Positions 1 through 10,154 of a DNA stretch of 64,000 bases are shown piece by piece. A program made the translations under genes and the position numbers. Positions within the stretch are counted from its first letter, which is position 1. Each line of letters starts with the position of its first letter. The notes below the pieces were generated by a model that saw only the letters and a list, made by a program, of their open reading frames with translations, did no database searches and was not told the DNA's origin. This stretch comes from a virus. The stretch covers positions 32,001 to 96,000 of IMG/VR virus record IMGVR_UViG_3300034283_002790; one strand, 5' to 3'.

Positions 1-2
1 CA

Positions 3-359
3 CAAGAACTTGGTGTGTTAACTAATGAAGTTTTACAGACATATCAAAACTTTCAAATTTCAGGAATGGTTATTCAGAAAGAAATGTATGAAAAATATGG
101 TAAACTAAAGTCTAACATAAAACTTACTTTTGGTTATGAATTCTTTTTGAGAATGACACAAAATTCAGTCAACTTCATGACAGTTCCGAGAATAGGATAT
201 AAGCACACAAATTTCAGAAACGGTTCTCTTTTCTGGAATTACAAAAATGGTACTGAAAAATTATATGAAGACGAAGTTAGGTTTTGGATTGATTCTGCAA
301 AAAAAGAATATTTCTTTACAGAACAAAGAGATATAAATTACGAACCTCAAGAAATTTAA
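3..359 (+). CDS. C-terminal part of a probable GT2-family glycosyltransferase, truncated by the window edge
   Basis: Frame is open from position 3. SGMVIQKEMYEKYG...FGYEFFLRM resembles the C-terminal half of GT-A fold enzymes. Confidence 0.5.
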   Translation, partial: QELGVLTNEVLQTYQNFQISGMVIQKEMYEKYGKLKSNIKLTFGYEFFLRMTQNSVNFMTVPRIGYKHTNFRNGSLFWNYKNGTEKLYEDEVRFWIDSAKKEYFFTEQRDINYEPQEI

Positions 360-1105
360 TGTCAGATGAATTAGAAATAAATAATGATCTGAATGTTGTA
401 AAAAAGAAAGGTAGAAAACCAAAACAAAACAATTATTTTGATGAAAGAGAAGAAACGGCCGTTAAACTTTATTTAATGGCCACAACCTTCGAAGAAAAAA
501 ACAAAATATATAATGAGTTTTTAAGGAAACCTTTGGACAAGATGATATCGTCAATAATAAGACGATACAAATTATATAGAAAAGATATGAATTTCGAAGA
601 GATTCATGTAGACACACATTCCTTTTTAATGACCAAAATAGATAAATTCAAACCATCGAAAGAAAAGAAGGCGTATTCCTATTTTGGTACAATTTGTAAA
701 AATTATCTCATGGGTCAAATAATGAAAGATCAGAAAGAGATGAATCGCAAAATTTCATATGAAGATATCTCATCTGACTTGTTAAATACACCCGATATGA
801 TATACCACATAGATAACGACGAACTTACATCTGAAGATGTGATTTATAGATTTTTAAATTTATTAAAAGACACTCTAGAAGAACCAAGTCTAACTGAACA
901 AGAAGTTAAACTTGGAAGAGCGATTCAAGATATTTTTGAAAATTATACTTCAATATTTTTTGATTCCAGTAACAATAAGTTCAACAAAAACATTATTTTG
1001 TTTGAGTTAAGAGAGATGACAAACCTTTCAACTAAAGAAATTAGGGGATCAATTAAAAAATATAAAAAAATCTATAATCAAATGTTACAAGAACTTTTGA
1101 GATAA
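359..1105 (+). CDS. T4 gp55-like late-transcription sigma factor
   Basis: KFKPSKEKKAYSYFGTICKNYL resembles the sigma region-2 segment of gp55 (NPFAYFTQI-type motif). Size 248 aa; lies among structural genes. Confidence 0.6.
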   Translation: MSDELEINNDLNVVKKKGRKPKQNNYFDEREETAVKLYLMATTFEEKNKIYNEFLRKPLDKMISSIIRRYKLYRKDMNFEEIHVDTHSFLMTKIDKFKPSKEKKAYSYFGTICKNYLMGQIMKDQKEMNRKISYEDISSDLLNTPDMIYHIDNDELTSEDVIYRFLNLLKDTLEEPSLTEQEVKLGRAIQDIFENYTSIFFDSSNNKFNKNIILFELREMTNLSTKEIRGSIKKYKKIYNQMLQELLR

Positions 1106-1123
1106 AAAGTATTTATAGTTAAT

Positions 1124-1489
1124 ATGGCAAGACCGGTAAAAAAACAAATTAATTTATCCAAAGATTCGATGTTATCTTTGATGCAAGAAATTTACAATGA
1201 ATTGGTAGAACAAAGATCAACAGCAATAAGAATTCAAAATAAAATGTTGACAATGATGAAAGAACCGGAGGATATGACTCTTATTGGTCCAGTAATTGAA
1301 AAACAACAAAAAATTATAAACGATTGTGTTGAAAAAAAATTGACTTTATCTAAATTACAATCACAAATGTGGCAAAAATCTCAAGATAAAGAAGAAGATT
1401 TTACTTTATCTGATCTTGATTTAGATGACAGTACCTTCAAAAGTTTAATCGAGAAAGATATTTCTTCAGATAATAAATTAAAAATGTAA
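1124..1489 (+). CDS. hypothetical protein (helical/coiled-coil)
   Basis: 121-aa ORF with TATTTAT at 1110-1116. Confidence 0.75.
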   Translation: MARPVKKQINLSKDSMLSLMQEIYNELVEQRSTAIRIQNKMLTMMKEPEDMTLIGPVIEKQQKIINDCVEKKLTLSKLQSQMWQKSQDKEEDFTLSDLDLDDSTFKSLIEKDISSDNKLKM

Positions 1490-1494
1490 TTTAA

Positions 1495-3438
1495 ATGGCT
1501 CTAGATAATCAACAGGGTTATACGGATATCAAAAAAAAAACTACCTTAAGTCAAAAGTACAGAAAGGTCAAAAAAGATATTAAGGATTTAGAAAAAAAAA
1601 CCGGAAATAACTTTGAAACTTGGGCTGGTGGTGTTGAAACAAAATATGGAAAATATGGTGCACAAAAATTAAAAAGTGCTGAAAATTATTTAAATTACCA
1701 GAAAAAAAATCTTAAAACACAATTTGATGAATTATTAGATATTAAATTTTTGTCTGCGGAGTCCGGTGACACCAAATCAATGAAATATCTTAAAAAAACT
1801 TTTTCTGCCGCATTAATAGAACTCAAACCAAAAATCGAAAAGATTCTGGCAGAACTTATGGTTAAAACTTTGGGTTGTGATCAGGATTCTAGTTTTCCCG
1901 CAAATACTTCGGTATATATCAAAGTCAAATCAATTGACTTATTAAATCTACTCAAAGAAGAACCTGATTCGTTAGTGGGTCAAGTATGTTATGAATCGAA
2001 TCCAATTATCTATCAGAATCAACCCTTCTCGATGAATAAAGAGTTAAGAAATAGAATACAAAACATTAACATACCTTACTCTGCACCATCATTTGGTAAT
2101 TCCAATTATATTGGTAGTTCTGGACAAGATCTTTTTGATATAACTTATGTGGATAATTATATCAACCCACTAGGTCAAACTGTTGTCGGAGATTTTTTTA
2201 AAATTGATTTTTTTCCAAGGTCTAGTAACACAAACAAAATCTCAGAATTTTTAGAAGATTATTTTAAAACAATTGATATTATAGATTATAAACATTTATA
2301 TGCGAATTTAATACAAAATCTTACAGGATCACTCTCAATCGAGAAAGGAGATGGTGACACCGTCAATGGTGATTTTACCAAAATTATGATTATAATGAAA
2401 AGAATTTTTGGTCTTTGTTTTGACGAAACTCAAGAGATTGATGTAAGTGGAATATCTAAGTTATCACAAAGTGATAATATTGATGATTCTTTTTTTGAAT
2501 TTGACGAAATGGATTTGAAGTACATTGATTTTATTAATTCAAATATCAAAATCAAAGTGGTTGAATTCGAGGAATGTCAAAACGTGAAACTAACAGTTGA
2601 TTCCAATTCACTTTTAACTGCGGTCAATAACCTAACATATTTTCCTGGACAAAATAATAATAACCAACTTAACGATGCATCAGAGGAACTTACAGAAACT
2701 ATGAAAAATAGTTTTTTTCCTTTCGAAATTAATTTCGATGAGACTTTTCTCAAAGAATATCCAAGAGCACTTGTCATGACAATACTTTCACCTAAAACAC
2801 TTTTACCTCTTATTGCTTTAGGTAAATCTTTGGGTCAGGATTTATATGATGATGTCCAATCCTTTGTAGATTTTGCAAAAAAATTCAAAACATTTTTTGT
2901 TGCATTTGTTTCAAAAGTTGGGGCTGAGTTTGTTAGAATAATTTTTAATCTAATAAAAAAAGATATTTTATCTTTATCTCAAGTTATTTTAACAGATATA
3001 AATGATGAGATACGTAAGAAAAAAGAAGTTTTAGTTCTGGCATTAATTGCAATTGCAGTGAAACTTGTATCTGATTTCAGAAGTTGTAAGAGTGTTATAG
3101 ATGAACTTTTATCTATATTAAATTTAGTCCAAAAAAATCTTGAGAAGAAAAAAAAACCACTACCATATGCTTTAGTGAAATCCTCACAAGTTCTTCAGGG
3201 ATTTTCAAAAACAAGAGCGGTAATAAATGTTATAGAACAATTTGATAAATTAGGTCTTCCTACAGACCCTATGCCCGATGGAAGTCCTAATTTAATGTTG
3301 GCAGCAGTCGATGCTATAATTGGAGGTATTGACAAAGAAGAAACACAAAATGGTCAAGTACAAGTTGCAATAGACCCATTAAGTTTAACTCCAATAGGAA
3401 CAACAATACCTCAAGTTATGTTCGGTAAAAAATTATAA
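1495..3438 (+). CDS. large hypothetical protein, probably virion or baseplate-associated
   Basis: 647-aa ORF in the same operon as the gp5-like gene; no recognisable motif. Confidence 0.6.
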   Translation: MALDNQQGYTDIKKKTTLSQKYRKVKKDIKDLEKKTGNNFETWAGGVETKYGKYGAQKLKSAENYLNYQKKNLKTQFDELLDIKFLSAESGDTKSMKYLKKTFSAALIELKPKIEKILAELMVKTLGCDQDSSFPANTSVYIKVKSIDLLNLLKEEPDSLVGQVCYESNPIIYQNQPFSMNKELRNRIQNINIPYSAPSFGNSNYIGSSGQDLFDITYVDNYINPLGQTVVGDFFKIDFFPRSSNTNKISEFLEDYFKTIDIIDYKHLYANLIQNLTGSLSIEKGDGDTVNGDFTKIMIIMKRIFGLCFDETQEIDVSGISKLSQSDNIDDSFFEFDEMDLKYIDFINSNIKIKVVEFEECQNVKLTVDSNSLLTAVNNLTYFPGQNNNNQLNDASEELTETMKNSFFPFEINFDETFLKEYPRALVMTILSPKTLLPLIALGKSLGQDLYDDVQSFVDFAKKFKTFFVAFVSKVGAEFVRIIFNLIKKDILSLSQVILTDINDEIRKKKEVLVLALIAIAVKLVSDFRSCKSVIDELLSILNLVQKNLEKKKKPLPYALVKSSQVLQGFSKTRAVINVIEQFDKLGLPTDPMPDGSPNLMLAAVDAIIGGIDKEETQNGQVQVAIDPLSLTPIGTTIPQVMFGKKL

Positions 3439-3439
3439 T

Positions 3440-3664
3440 ATGGAAAAAGATAAACAAATTGTAAGAGCACAAGACGTTGCGGAAATAGTTAAAAATTTCA
3501 CAGACAAATCAAATAGAGATTTGAGAATCGCAATGGAATTTTTAAAAAAAGAATTTGAATTTACAAAAGATAATATTTTAAAATTAACTGATCATTTTGA
3601 AAAAGTTAAAAATGATTATAATACTGTTTTAGAAGAATTTAACAAACGGAATGGAGCAAGTTAA
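3440..3664 (+). CDS. small coiled-coil hypothetical protein
   Basis: 74-aa ORF translationally coupled to both neighbours. Confidence 0.7.
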   Translation: MEKDKQIVRAQDVAEIVKNFTDKSNRDLRIAMEFLKKEFEFTKDNILKLTDHFEKVKNDYNTVLEEFNKRNGAS

Positions 3665-5165
3665 AAATATAAGAATAGGTAGAGTCTTAAATAATCAAGA
3701 TCCATTACTTCTTGGTCGTTTGAGAGTTTATGCCCCCGATGGTGATCCAAAAGAATATTTGGAAATTCCAAAGTCCGAGTGGTGGACTTCAAAGGACCCT
3801 TTGATTCATATACCTCTAATCCCATACCATTTACATATTACACCCTCAGAAGATGAATATGTTCACTTAATTTATTCAACGGATAGAGAACCATATGATA
3901 GTAATAAATTTTACATTCCAGGACCAATAAGTCGCCCGTGGAGGAATTTAAAAGATACATTCAACGGGTCACAAGCAGTTTTGTCAAACGGAAATAATTT
4001 ACAACAAGCATATCAACCTCTGGATTCAACTACCGGGAAAGTAAACGTTGACATCGAAGGGGTCTATCCCAAACCAATTGATAACGCAATCCTTGGTCGT
4101 GGTACCAGTGATGTAATTTTGACTCAACAGGATGTATTAATAAGAGCAGGAGTCACATTACCCAGTCAAAACCCCGAACTTCCAATTATTAAAAATGATA
4201 AAAGAAGTTTTCTACAAGTCTCAACCTTTCCATTAGAAACTATTAGTACAGGAACAGAAACTGCTACTGAACGCACTTTCGAAGACGTAAGTATAAAAAG
4301 TTATGTTGAGTGGTATATTACTCCTAATAATAGTTTAGACTATGACGGATATATTAATTTTTATTATATAAATGGTAATGATGAAAAATTTAAAATATCT
4401 AACGTAAGTCAGAATGTTAATATTTTAGAAGGACAAAATTTTTTAACAGCATATACAATTAATTTTTCTTCGAAAACACTAGATGAGACCAAAGAATTAA
4501 TAAATCAATTTATAAAAGGGGTAAATGTTGGTTTTATTAATATAAATGGTTACCCTACATTTACTGTTGAAAATCAATTTCCATTTTTTTACGGATTGGA
4601 ATATTCAAATTATCTATTACTAACGTCTGACGATACTACTACTTCAAGTATAATAACAAATTTTATTCCCATTAATAAATTAGAACAATTATACCCGAAA
4701 GTAACTTTGAATGTTGCATTTCCAGAAACTGGAAATGGTTTGGTAACAAGAAAAAATCCCCCTCAATTAGGAATTATTTATGATGAAAATCAAACCACAA
4801 TAAATACATTTGGGTCAACACCAACACCAATAACATATTCATTGATGGGTGGAGATCGTGTGTATTTACTATCTCATAGATCTGAAGATAAGTTTAAAGT
4901 AGATCTTAAAGATACCTTATATGGAATTCAAGAACCACAATTAGCAACCGATATATATCAAAAAACAAATTCTATGGTTAGAGGAGATGAATTACTATCA
5001 CTTTTAAATTTGATAGTCAATTTTCTTCTTACCCACGTTCACGCATTTCCAGGTGTTGCACCAATTAAAGAGTATCCTAAAAAAGGGGTGTCTGCGTTGG
5101 AACTTGAAACCGTAATTAAAAATGCTCAAAATACCATACTGAACCAAAATATTCGAATTAATTGA
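3651..5165 (+). CDS. gp5/VgrG-like baseplate hub/spike protein
   Basis: N-terminal GRVLNNQDPLLLGRLRV matches the gp5 OB-fold signature. C-terminal LTHVH is an HxH spike-tip-like motif. No lysozyme domain recognised. Confidence 0.7.
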   Translation: MEQVKNIRIGRVLNNQDPLLLGRLRVYAPDGDPKEYLEIPKSEWWTSKDPLIHIPLIPYHLHITPSEDEYVHLIYSTDREPYDSNKFYIPGPISRPWRNLKDTFNGSQAVLSNGNNLQQAYQPLDSTTGKVNVDIEGVYPKPIDNAILGRGTSDVILTQQDVLIRAGVTLPSQNPELPIIKNDKRSFLQVSTFPLETISTGTETATERTFEDVSIKSYVEWYITPNNSLDYDGYINFYYINGNDEKFKISNVSQNVNILEGQNFLTAYTINFSSKTLDETKELINQFIKGVNVGFININGYPTFTVENQFPFFYGLEYSNYLLLTSDDTTTSSIITNFIPINKLEQLYPKVTLNVAFPETGNGLVTRKNPPQLGIIYDENQTTINTFGSTPTPITYSLMGGDRVYLLSHRSEDKFKVDLKDTLYGIQEPQLATDIYQKTNSMVRGDELLSLLNLIVNFLLTHVHAFPGVAPIKEYPKKGVSALELETVIKNAQNTILNQNIRIN

Positions 5166-5185
5166 TATTTATTAAATAAAAGGTA

Positions 5186-6646
5186 ATGTCAATTAATAAT
5201 TCTTATTTTTCCAAAAATAATACAATACTATATGATAGTTTTACAAATACCGGAAGAAACCCGGTTATGGAATTGTATTATGGAGATGGGGGGATTGCAA
5301 ATCCAAAAGGGTATTCTAGATTCATATTCGATTTAGATCTCGGTTTGTTGAGAGAAAAAATTGATGATGGAACAATATCAACTGGGTGTACGTCAGCAAT
5401 GACTCACACTTTACGAATGACAAACACATCTTTTTTTGATAAAGATTTTTTGAACACAACTACTTCGCAAGGAAGACTCAGAGCAACATCTTTTGATTTA
5501 TTTTTATTTAGAATTCCCTACACTAATTTTGATCCGAACCAACCCCAACTTTGGGATGAGGGTGTCGGGTACGATTATATTGATTCTATAACAAATATCC
5601 CAAATGATAAAAATTACTCCGATCGACCTTCGAACTGGTCAGGAAGAACCACAATAGATAATTGGGAAAACCCTGGAATTTATAGTAATACAAATACTGG
5701 GATATTCAACTACAATCAATTACAAATAATTGACACTCAACATTTTCAATTCGGTGATGAAAATATCGAATTTGATATGACAACTGAAATCCAGAATGTG
5801 TTAGATGGTACAATACAAAATCCAGTAGGTTATGGAATTGCGTATTTACCACAAGTAGAAAATATCACCGGAACCTCCGGAACTTATTCAGTTGAATTTT
5901 TTACAAGACACACACAAACATTTTATGAACCTCATCTTTATACAAATTATGATGACTTGATAGAAGATGATAGAAATTTATTTTCCTTGGGAAAAGTAAA
6001 TAAACTTTATTTATATGTTTATGAGGATGGTAATTTTTTAAATTTGGATCAAAATCCGGTTGTTGACATAACAGGACCAAATTGTCAAGTAATACCCGGT
6101 CTATCTGGTCTAACAACTTGTAGAAGATCGAAAGGTGTTTATGAAGTTGTTATTCCACCATTATTAGGTTACTCAGTTCCTTGTACTTTTACAGATACAT
6201 GGAGAAATATTATATCAAATGGTTTTACCCTTCCAGACATTATAAATCAATTTACAGTTTATCCATTAGCAAAATCTTTTACGATTGGAACTCAATCAAA
6301 AGATCCAGTATTATATGGGTTTGATTTTTATGGTATTAAACAAGATGAAAAAATATTAAACACAGATGTAAGAAAAGTTGGGGTTATAATTAAAAAGGCA
6401 TATACCACAAATCATTTACAACTCAAAGTTGATGCTTATTATCGTGTTTATGTAAGAGAAGGTCAAACGGAAGTTCAAGTACAAGAGTGGACAAAAATTA
6501 ACAGGACCCCAAATGAGTATTATTTTATCTTTGATACTCGAGATAAAATACCTAATGAATATTTTATTGATATCAAAGTTTTGAGTAGTGGGGAAGTTAA
6601 CACTTACAAAAAACAAATTAAATTCCAAATAGTGAATAAAAAATAA
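5186..6646 (+). CDS. probable virion structural protein (beta-rich, Ig-like C-terminal segments)
   Basis: 486 aa, rich in N/T/Y/F, follows the gp5-like gene, TATTTAT at 5166-5172. Confidence 0.55.
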   Translation: MSINNSYFSKNNTILYDSFTNTGRNPVMELYYGDGGIANPKGYSRFIFDLDLGLLREKIDDGTISTGCTSAMTHTLRMTNTSFFDKDFLNTTTSQGRLRATSFDLFLFRIPYTNFDPNQPQLWDEGVGYDYIDSITNIPNDKNYSDRPSNWSGRTTIDNWENPGIYSNTNTGIFNYNQLQIIDTQHFQFGDENIEFDMTTEIQNVLDGTIQNPVGYGIAYLPQVENITGTSGTYSVEFFTRHTQTFYEPHLYTNYDDLIEDDRNLFSLGKVNKLYLYVYEDGNFLNLDQNPVVDITGPNCQVIPGLSGLTTCRRSKGVYEVVIPPLLGYSVPCTFTDTWRNIISNGFTLPDIINQFTVYPLAKSFTIGTQSKDPVLYGFDFYGIKQDEKILNTDVRKVGVIIKKAYTTNHLQLKVDAYYRVYVREGQTEVQVQEWTKINRTPNEYYFIFDTRDKIPNEYFIDIKVLSSGEVNTYKKQIKFQIVNKK

Positions 6647-6673
6647 AAATAAAATATTTATAAATAAAAAAAC

Positions 6674-7300
6674 ATGGCAAATTATACCGGACAGAGTTGT
6701 ATAGATGAAGTAGTTGTAATATTGACTGGTAGCACAGGTTTTACAACCGGACAAATAGTTGGTGGATTTCCTATTGGATCAGGTCCAGGGGCAACACAAT
6801 GTTATACAATTTTAGGAAATGCATCATTAAGCGAAATTCCAACAATTCAGTTTCAGGGATTGGCATTTTATGAAGATTGTATTGAATGCTATATAGATAA
6901 AGAACTTGGTTTTGAATTTGAAGACTGTATAACTGGCGACTTAGAGGTGGTATCGGCAACTAGTCTTGGTTTTGTACCTACAATAGATTTAATTTATCAA
7001 TTTTCATTAGATGGCTCCGCACCAAGATGTTATATTGCAACAGGTAACGTTGATCCTTTGGGGGTTGATATTACGCCACAATCAATCAATGTTTTTACTA
7101 GTTGTATAAATTGTTATAAAAATCAAACAGTGACTGCTGGTACTGAATATACAGTCTGTGTTATTTGTTGTCCTTGTGATTCAGGTTCTACTGTAACAAG
7201 TGTGGCTGTACCTCATCCTGTATGGACATCAACAGATGGTAAGGCGGTAGTTCAAAGTAACATGGTCGTTTTAGGTGGACCTAATGGATTAAATAATTAA
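6674..7300 (+). CDS. Cys-rich repeat-module protein, probably virion-associated
   Basis: Repeated CxxCY modules (EDCIECY, TSCINCY) and CVICCPC; TATTTAT at 6655-6661. Confidence 0.6.
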   Translation: MANYTGQSCIDEVVVILTGSTGFTTGQIVGGFPIGSGPGATQCYTILGNASLSEIPTIQFQGLAFYEDCIECYIDKELGFEFEDCITGDLEVVSATSLGFVPTIDLIYQFSLDGSAPRCYIATGNVDPLGVDITPQSINVFTSCINCYKNQTVTAGTEYTVCVICCPCDSGSTVTSVAVPHPVWTSTDGKAVVQSNMVVLGGPNGLNN

Positions 7301-7302
7301 AT

Positions 7303-7791
7303 ATGAGAAATTTAAATTCAATTATTAAAAGAGTAATTAAAGAAACTTTTGAAGATAAACCATCAACTCAAGAAAGAGGGTCTTCAAGATATATGTTCTT
7401 TTCAAATTTACAACAAATGAGAAGACAATGTGATATGTTATTAGAATTGGATCATTCTATGATTGAAGAAATTCTTGAAAATGGTCACGACTGGGCTCAG
7501 GATCATATCGCGGAAGCAAAAAATAACATGGATCAAGTTTTTGATTTTTTAATGAATGAGACAAAAAAACATGGAATGCAAATGTCAATGAATATTGATG
7601 ATGAAGATATGGTCATGATGGAAGGTAGAAAAAAAACAGGAACAAAACTTTGTGCCAGAGGTTTAGCATCTGCTAAAGCGAAATATGACGTTCACCCCTC
7701 TGCTTATAGTAATGGTCACGCCGTTCAAGTATGCAAAGGAAAAATCAAAGGACTCGACGGAAAAAGAAGGTGTTCAGGTGCGTTTTGTTAA
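7303..7791 (+). CDS. hypothetical protein with small basic Cys-containing C-terminal domain
   Basis: N-terminus IIKRVIKE; C-terminus LCARG..AKAKYDVHPSAYSNGHAVQVCKG. Confidence 0.7.
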   Translation: MRNLNSIIKRVIKETFEDKPSTQERGSSRYMFFSNLQQMRRQCDMLLELDHSMIEEILENGHDWAQDHIAEAKNNMDQVFDFLMNETKKHGMQMSMNIDDEDMVMMEGRKKTGTKLCARGLASAKAKYDVHPSAYSNGHAVQVCKGKIKGLDGKRRCSGAFC

Positions 7792-7852
7792 AGAATAAAA
7801 GAAATTAATATCTCTTTTTTTGAATTTTATGTTTATCCGTATATTTATTAGT

Positions 7853-8335
7853 ATGGATCAACAATGTAGTAAATGCGGAAAAATAAAATCTATAACTGAT
7901 TTTTATAAAACTCAAAGAGGAAATAAATGTAAAGAATGTATTTTAAAAGTAACACGAGAATATAAAAGAAAGAAAAGATTAGATCCGGAACACAGAAAAA
8001 GAGAAGGGATCTTACAAAAAGAAAGAAGGGTTAGATTGTGGCAAAACACTCTTATTCATGACTCAAAACATAGAAAAATAGAATGTACGTTAACCGTTGA
8101 CGACATCAATGAAATGATGGAGAAACAAAACGGTCTTTGTCATTGGTTTAAAATACCTTTAATACCTTCCCATCAAAAAAAACATCCACAACAACCATCT
8201 TTAGATAGATTAGATAATAATAAGGGATATACTAAAGATAATGTTGTACTATGTTGTTATTCCGCAAACATAGGTAGAAATGAAATTGATTTGGGGACTT
8301 GGAGAACTTTTTTGAAATTACTTTTGAATAATTAA
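7853..8335 (+). mobile_element. HNH/His-Me-finger-type putative homing endonuclease with N-terminal zinc finger
   Basis: CxxC...CxxC zinc finger plus PSLDRLDNNKGYTKDNVVLCC. Start moved from 7820 to ATG 7853 because TATTTAT lies just upstream at ~7842-7848. Confidence 0.65.
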
Positions 8336-8354
8336 ATTTTCTTTTTTATATTTG
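8323..8354 (+). promoter_or_regulatory. Bacteroidota primary-sigma promoter (-33 TTTG, -7 TAnnTTTG)
   Basis: TTTG at 8323-8326, 20-nt spacer, TATATTTG at 8347-8354; matches the established Bacteroidota consensus. Confidence 0.7.
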
Positions 8355-8373
8355 TAAAAACAAAAAAAACAAT

Positions 8374-8808
8374 ATGAAAAAAAGTATTCTAAGATTTTAC
8401 AAAAGATTTAAAGTTTATTTAGGAAAATTAGGACGTTCGAAAGGACTTAAAACTGAAGAATATTTACAAGATCACGAAAAAATCGCATTCCGTATATGTG
8501 TAAAACTTATTTCTCACGAGGATTCTGAACTTGTAATTGCACCAATGTCACAAAAAAGATTTATAGTGAATAATACCCTTAATTTATTTTGTACATTAGA
8601 CTGGGGAAGAATCGAATTGACCAATCATACATTTCATTATGACGTTAAGTTAAGTGGTAGAGATTTCGAAAGAGTTCTTTTCTTATTCGATAAAGAATCA
8701 GAAAAAAGAAGATCGGTTACTGAAAGTATAGTTCAAAGTCAAATTAACGACTCACTAATTAAAATATTAAATAAAATTAATAATAGAGTAGAAACTCACT
8801 TAAGTTAA
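8374..8808 (+). CDS. hypothetical protein under a host-type promoter
   Basis: 144-aa ORF preceded by TTTG-N20-TATATTTG (8323-8354). Confidence 0.75.
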   Translation: MKKSILRFYKRFKVYLGKLGRSKGLKTEEYLQDHEKIAFRICVKLISHEDSELVIAPMSQKRFIVNNTLNLFCTLDWGRIELTNHTFHYDVKLSGRDFERVLFLFDKESEKRRSVTESIVQSQINDSLIKILNKINNRVETHLS

Positions 8809-8810
8809 AA

Positions 8811-9824
8811 TTATAGATTCCTAAGTATTCTTCTTATAATTTGATCCTCATTCATTTTTTTGGTTTTGTAACTTGTCATAACAGGTTTTTGACCTTTTCC
8901 TGATTGAGGATCTTTTTTTTCTGCATTTCTTTTTTGTTGACATGCCGATCTTTTTTGTGAATCACTCATTTTACCTGCAACACCAGAGGCTCTACATTTT
9001 GGATATGATCCTGTGTCGGCATCCTTTCTTCCACATGGGGGATGTTTACCATCTACTTTTCTACATATATCTACCCAAGGTCCTTTTGGCTGAGATGACC
9101 CTTTTGTTTTTTTCTTTTTACCAAACCATACAGCCAAATCTTCGTTTACCGCATGAACCGGGTATTCTTCCTGATTATATGACCCATCTTTGTTTTTTTC
9201 CCAAACCCCGACCGTCCTTTTGATATTATTTTTCAAACTAGGTTTTTTGGCATAATCATTATAATCATGATCTACCTCAATAGAAAAAGGGCTTAAAAAA
9301 TTTTTTTTCCATTTTTTTAACCCCAATTCAACTGGGCCACTGTATACCCCTGCACTAGTTGATGAATCAACTTCATTGATTGCATTTTCATTTGATTTTA
9401 GTTTGATAGTTTCTCGTAAAATGTTTTTTATGACATCATCAATACTTTCAAGTTTTGTCTTAGGTTTTTGTTTTTTGGGTAATTTAATTGGTTTTGCATC
9501 TGTATTTTTTTTAGGAAGTGAGTTCATAATACCAGCATCCCCATCCCAGGCAAATTTATCTGGGTGTTTTTTAATATCATTTGTGACTTTTTCTGCCCTT
9601 TTTTCTATCTTACTTATCCATTTTGGGTGAGTCGACATATCACCATCTAAACTGTCATAATCAAGTAACGCACTGTCATAGTCATTAAGGATTTCTGTGT
9701 AAGGTTTGTTTAACTTATCTCCAAAATCCCGTAACCCGGGAAGTAACGGTGATACATAACTACCTCTAGAAGAACTGGTCGATGTAATTTCGTTTAATAT
9801 TTTTTTAATAATCTTATTTAACAT
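8811..9824 (-). CDS. hypothetical late protein with C-terminal WFG..KGPWVDI..CGR..YPKC domain
   Basis: 337 aa with several [IL]-x-E sites and ATAAATA just upstream on the + strand (TATTTAT in sense). Confidence 0.7.
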   Translation of the reverse strand: MLNKIIKKILNEITSTSSSRGSYVSPLLPGLRDFGDKLNKPYTEILNDYDSALLDYDSLDGDMSTHPKWISKIEKRAEKVTNDIKKHPDKFAWDGDAGIMNSLPKKNTDAKPIKLPKKQKPKTKLESIDDVIKNILRETIKLKSNENAINEVDSSTSAGVYSGPVELGLKKWKKNFLSPFSIEVDHDYNDYAKKPSLKNNIKRTVGVWEKNKDGSYNQEEYPVHAVNEDLAVWFGKKKKTKGSSQPKGPWVDICRKVDGKHPPCGRKDADTGSYPKCRASGVAGKMSDSQKRSACQQKRNAEKKDPQSGKGQKPVMTSYKTKKMNEDQIIRRILRNL

Positions 9825-9870
9825 AGAAAAATAATACCTATACTTATAAATATCATAAAAGTTTAAAAAT

Positions 9871-10092
9871 ATGGAAAACTCAAATAATTTGTATGGAAAT
9901 CTATTCGGAACAATAAATATACTTGATGAAAATCATTTGGAATTAATTTTAACCTCAATGGATGAGGGTCATGCCATTTATTATTTGGTCGAAGCAATTA
10001 AAGCCGCTCACAAACGGGGATCCTTCACAATTGGTGAATCTGAAGTTCTATCAAAAGCAATTAGAGTAATATCTAAAAATTCCGAAGAATAA
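9871..10092 (+). CDS. small hypothetical protein
   Basis: 73-aa ORF followed by a terminator. Confidence 0.65.
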   Translation: MENSNNLYGNLFGTINILDENHLELILTSMDEGHAIYYLVEAIKAAHKRGSFTIGESEVLSKAIRVISKNSEE

Positions 10093-10104
10093 ATCATATA
10101 AAAT

Positions 10105-10133
10105 AAAAAAGGTCAGACGAATCTGACCTTTTT
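10105..10133. terminator. bidirectional intrinsic terminator downstream of MCP
   Basis: AAAAAA-GGTCAGA-CGAA-TCTGACC-TTTTT between convergent genes. Confidence 0.85.
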
Positions 10134-10154
10134 CTTTATTTAACCTTTAATTGA

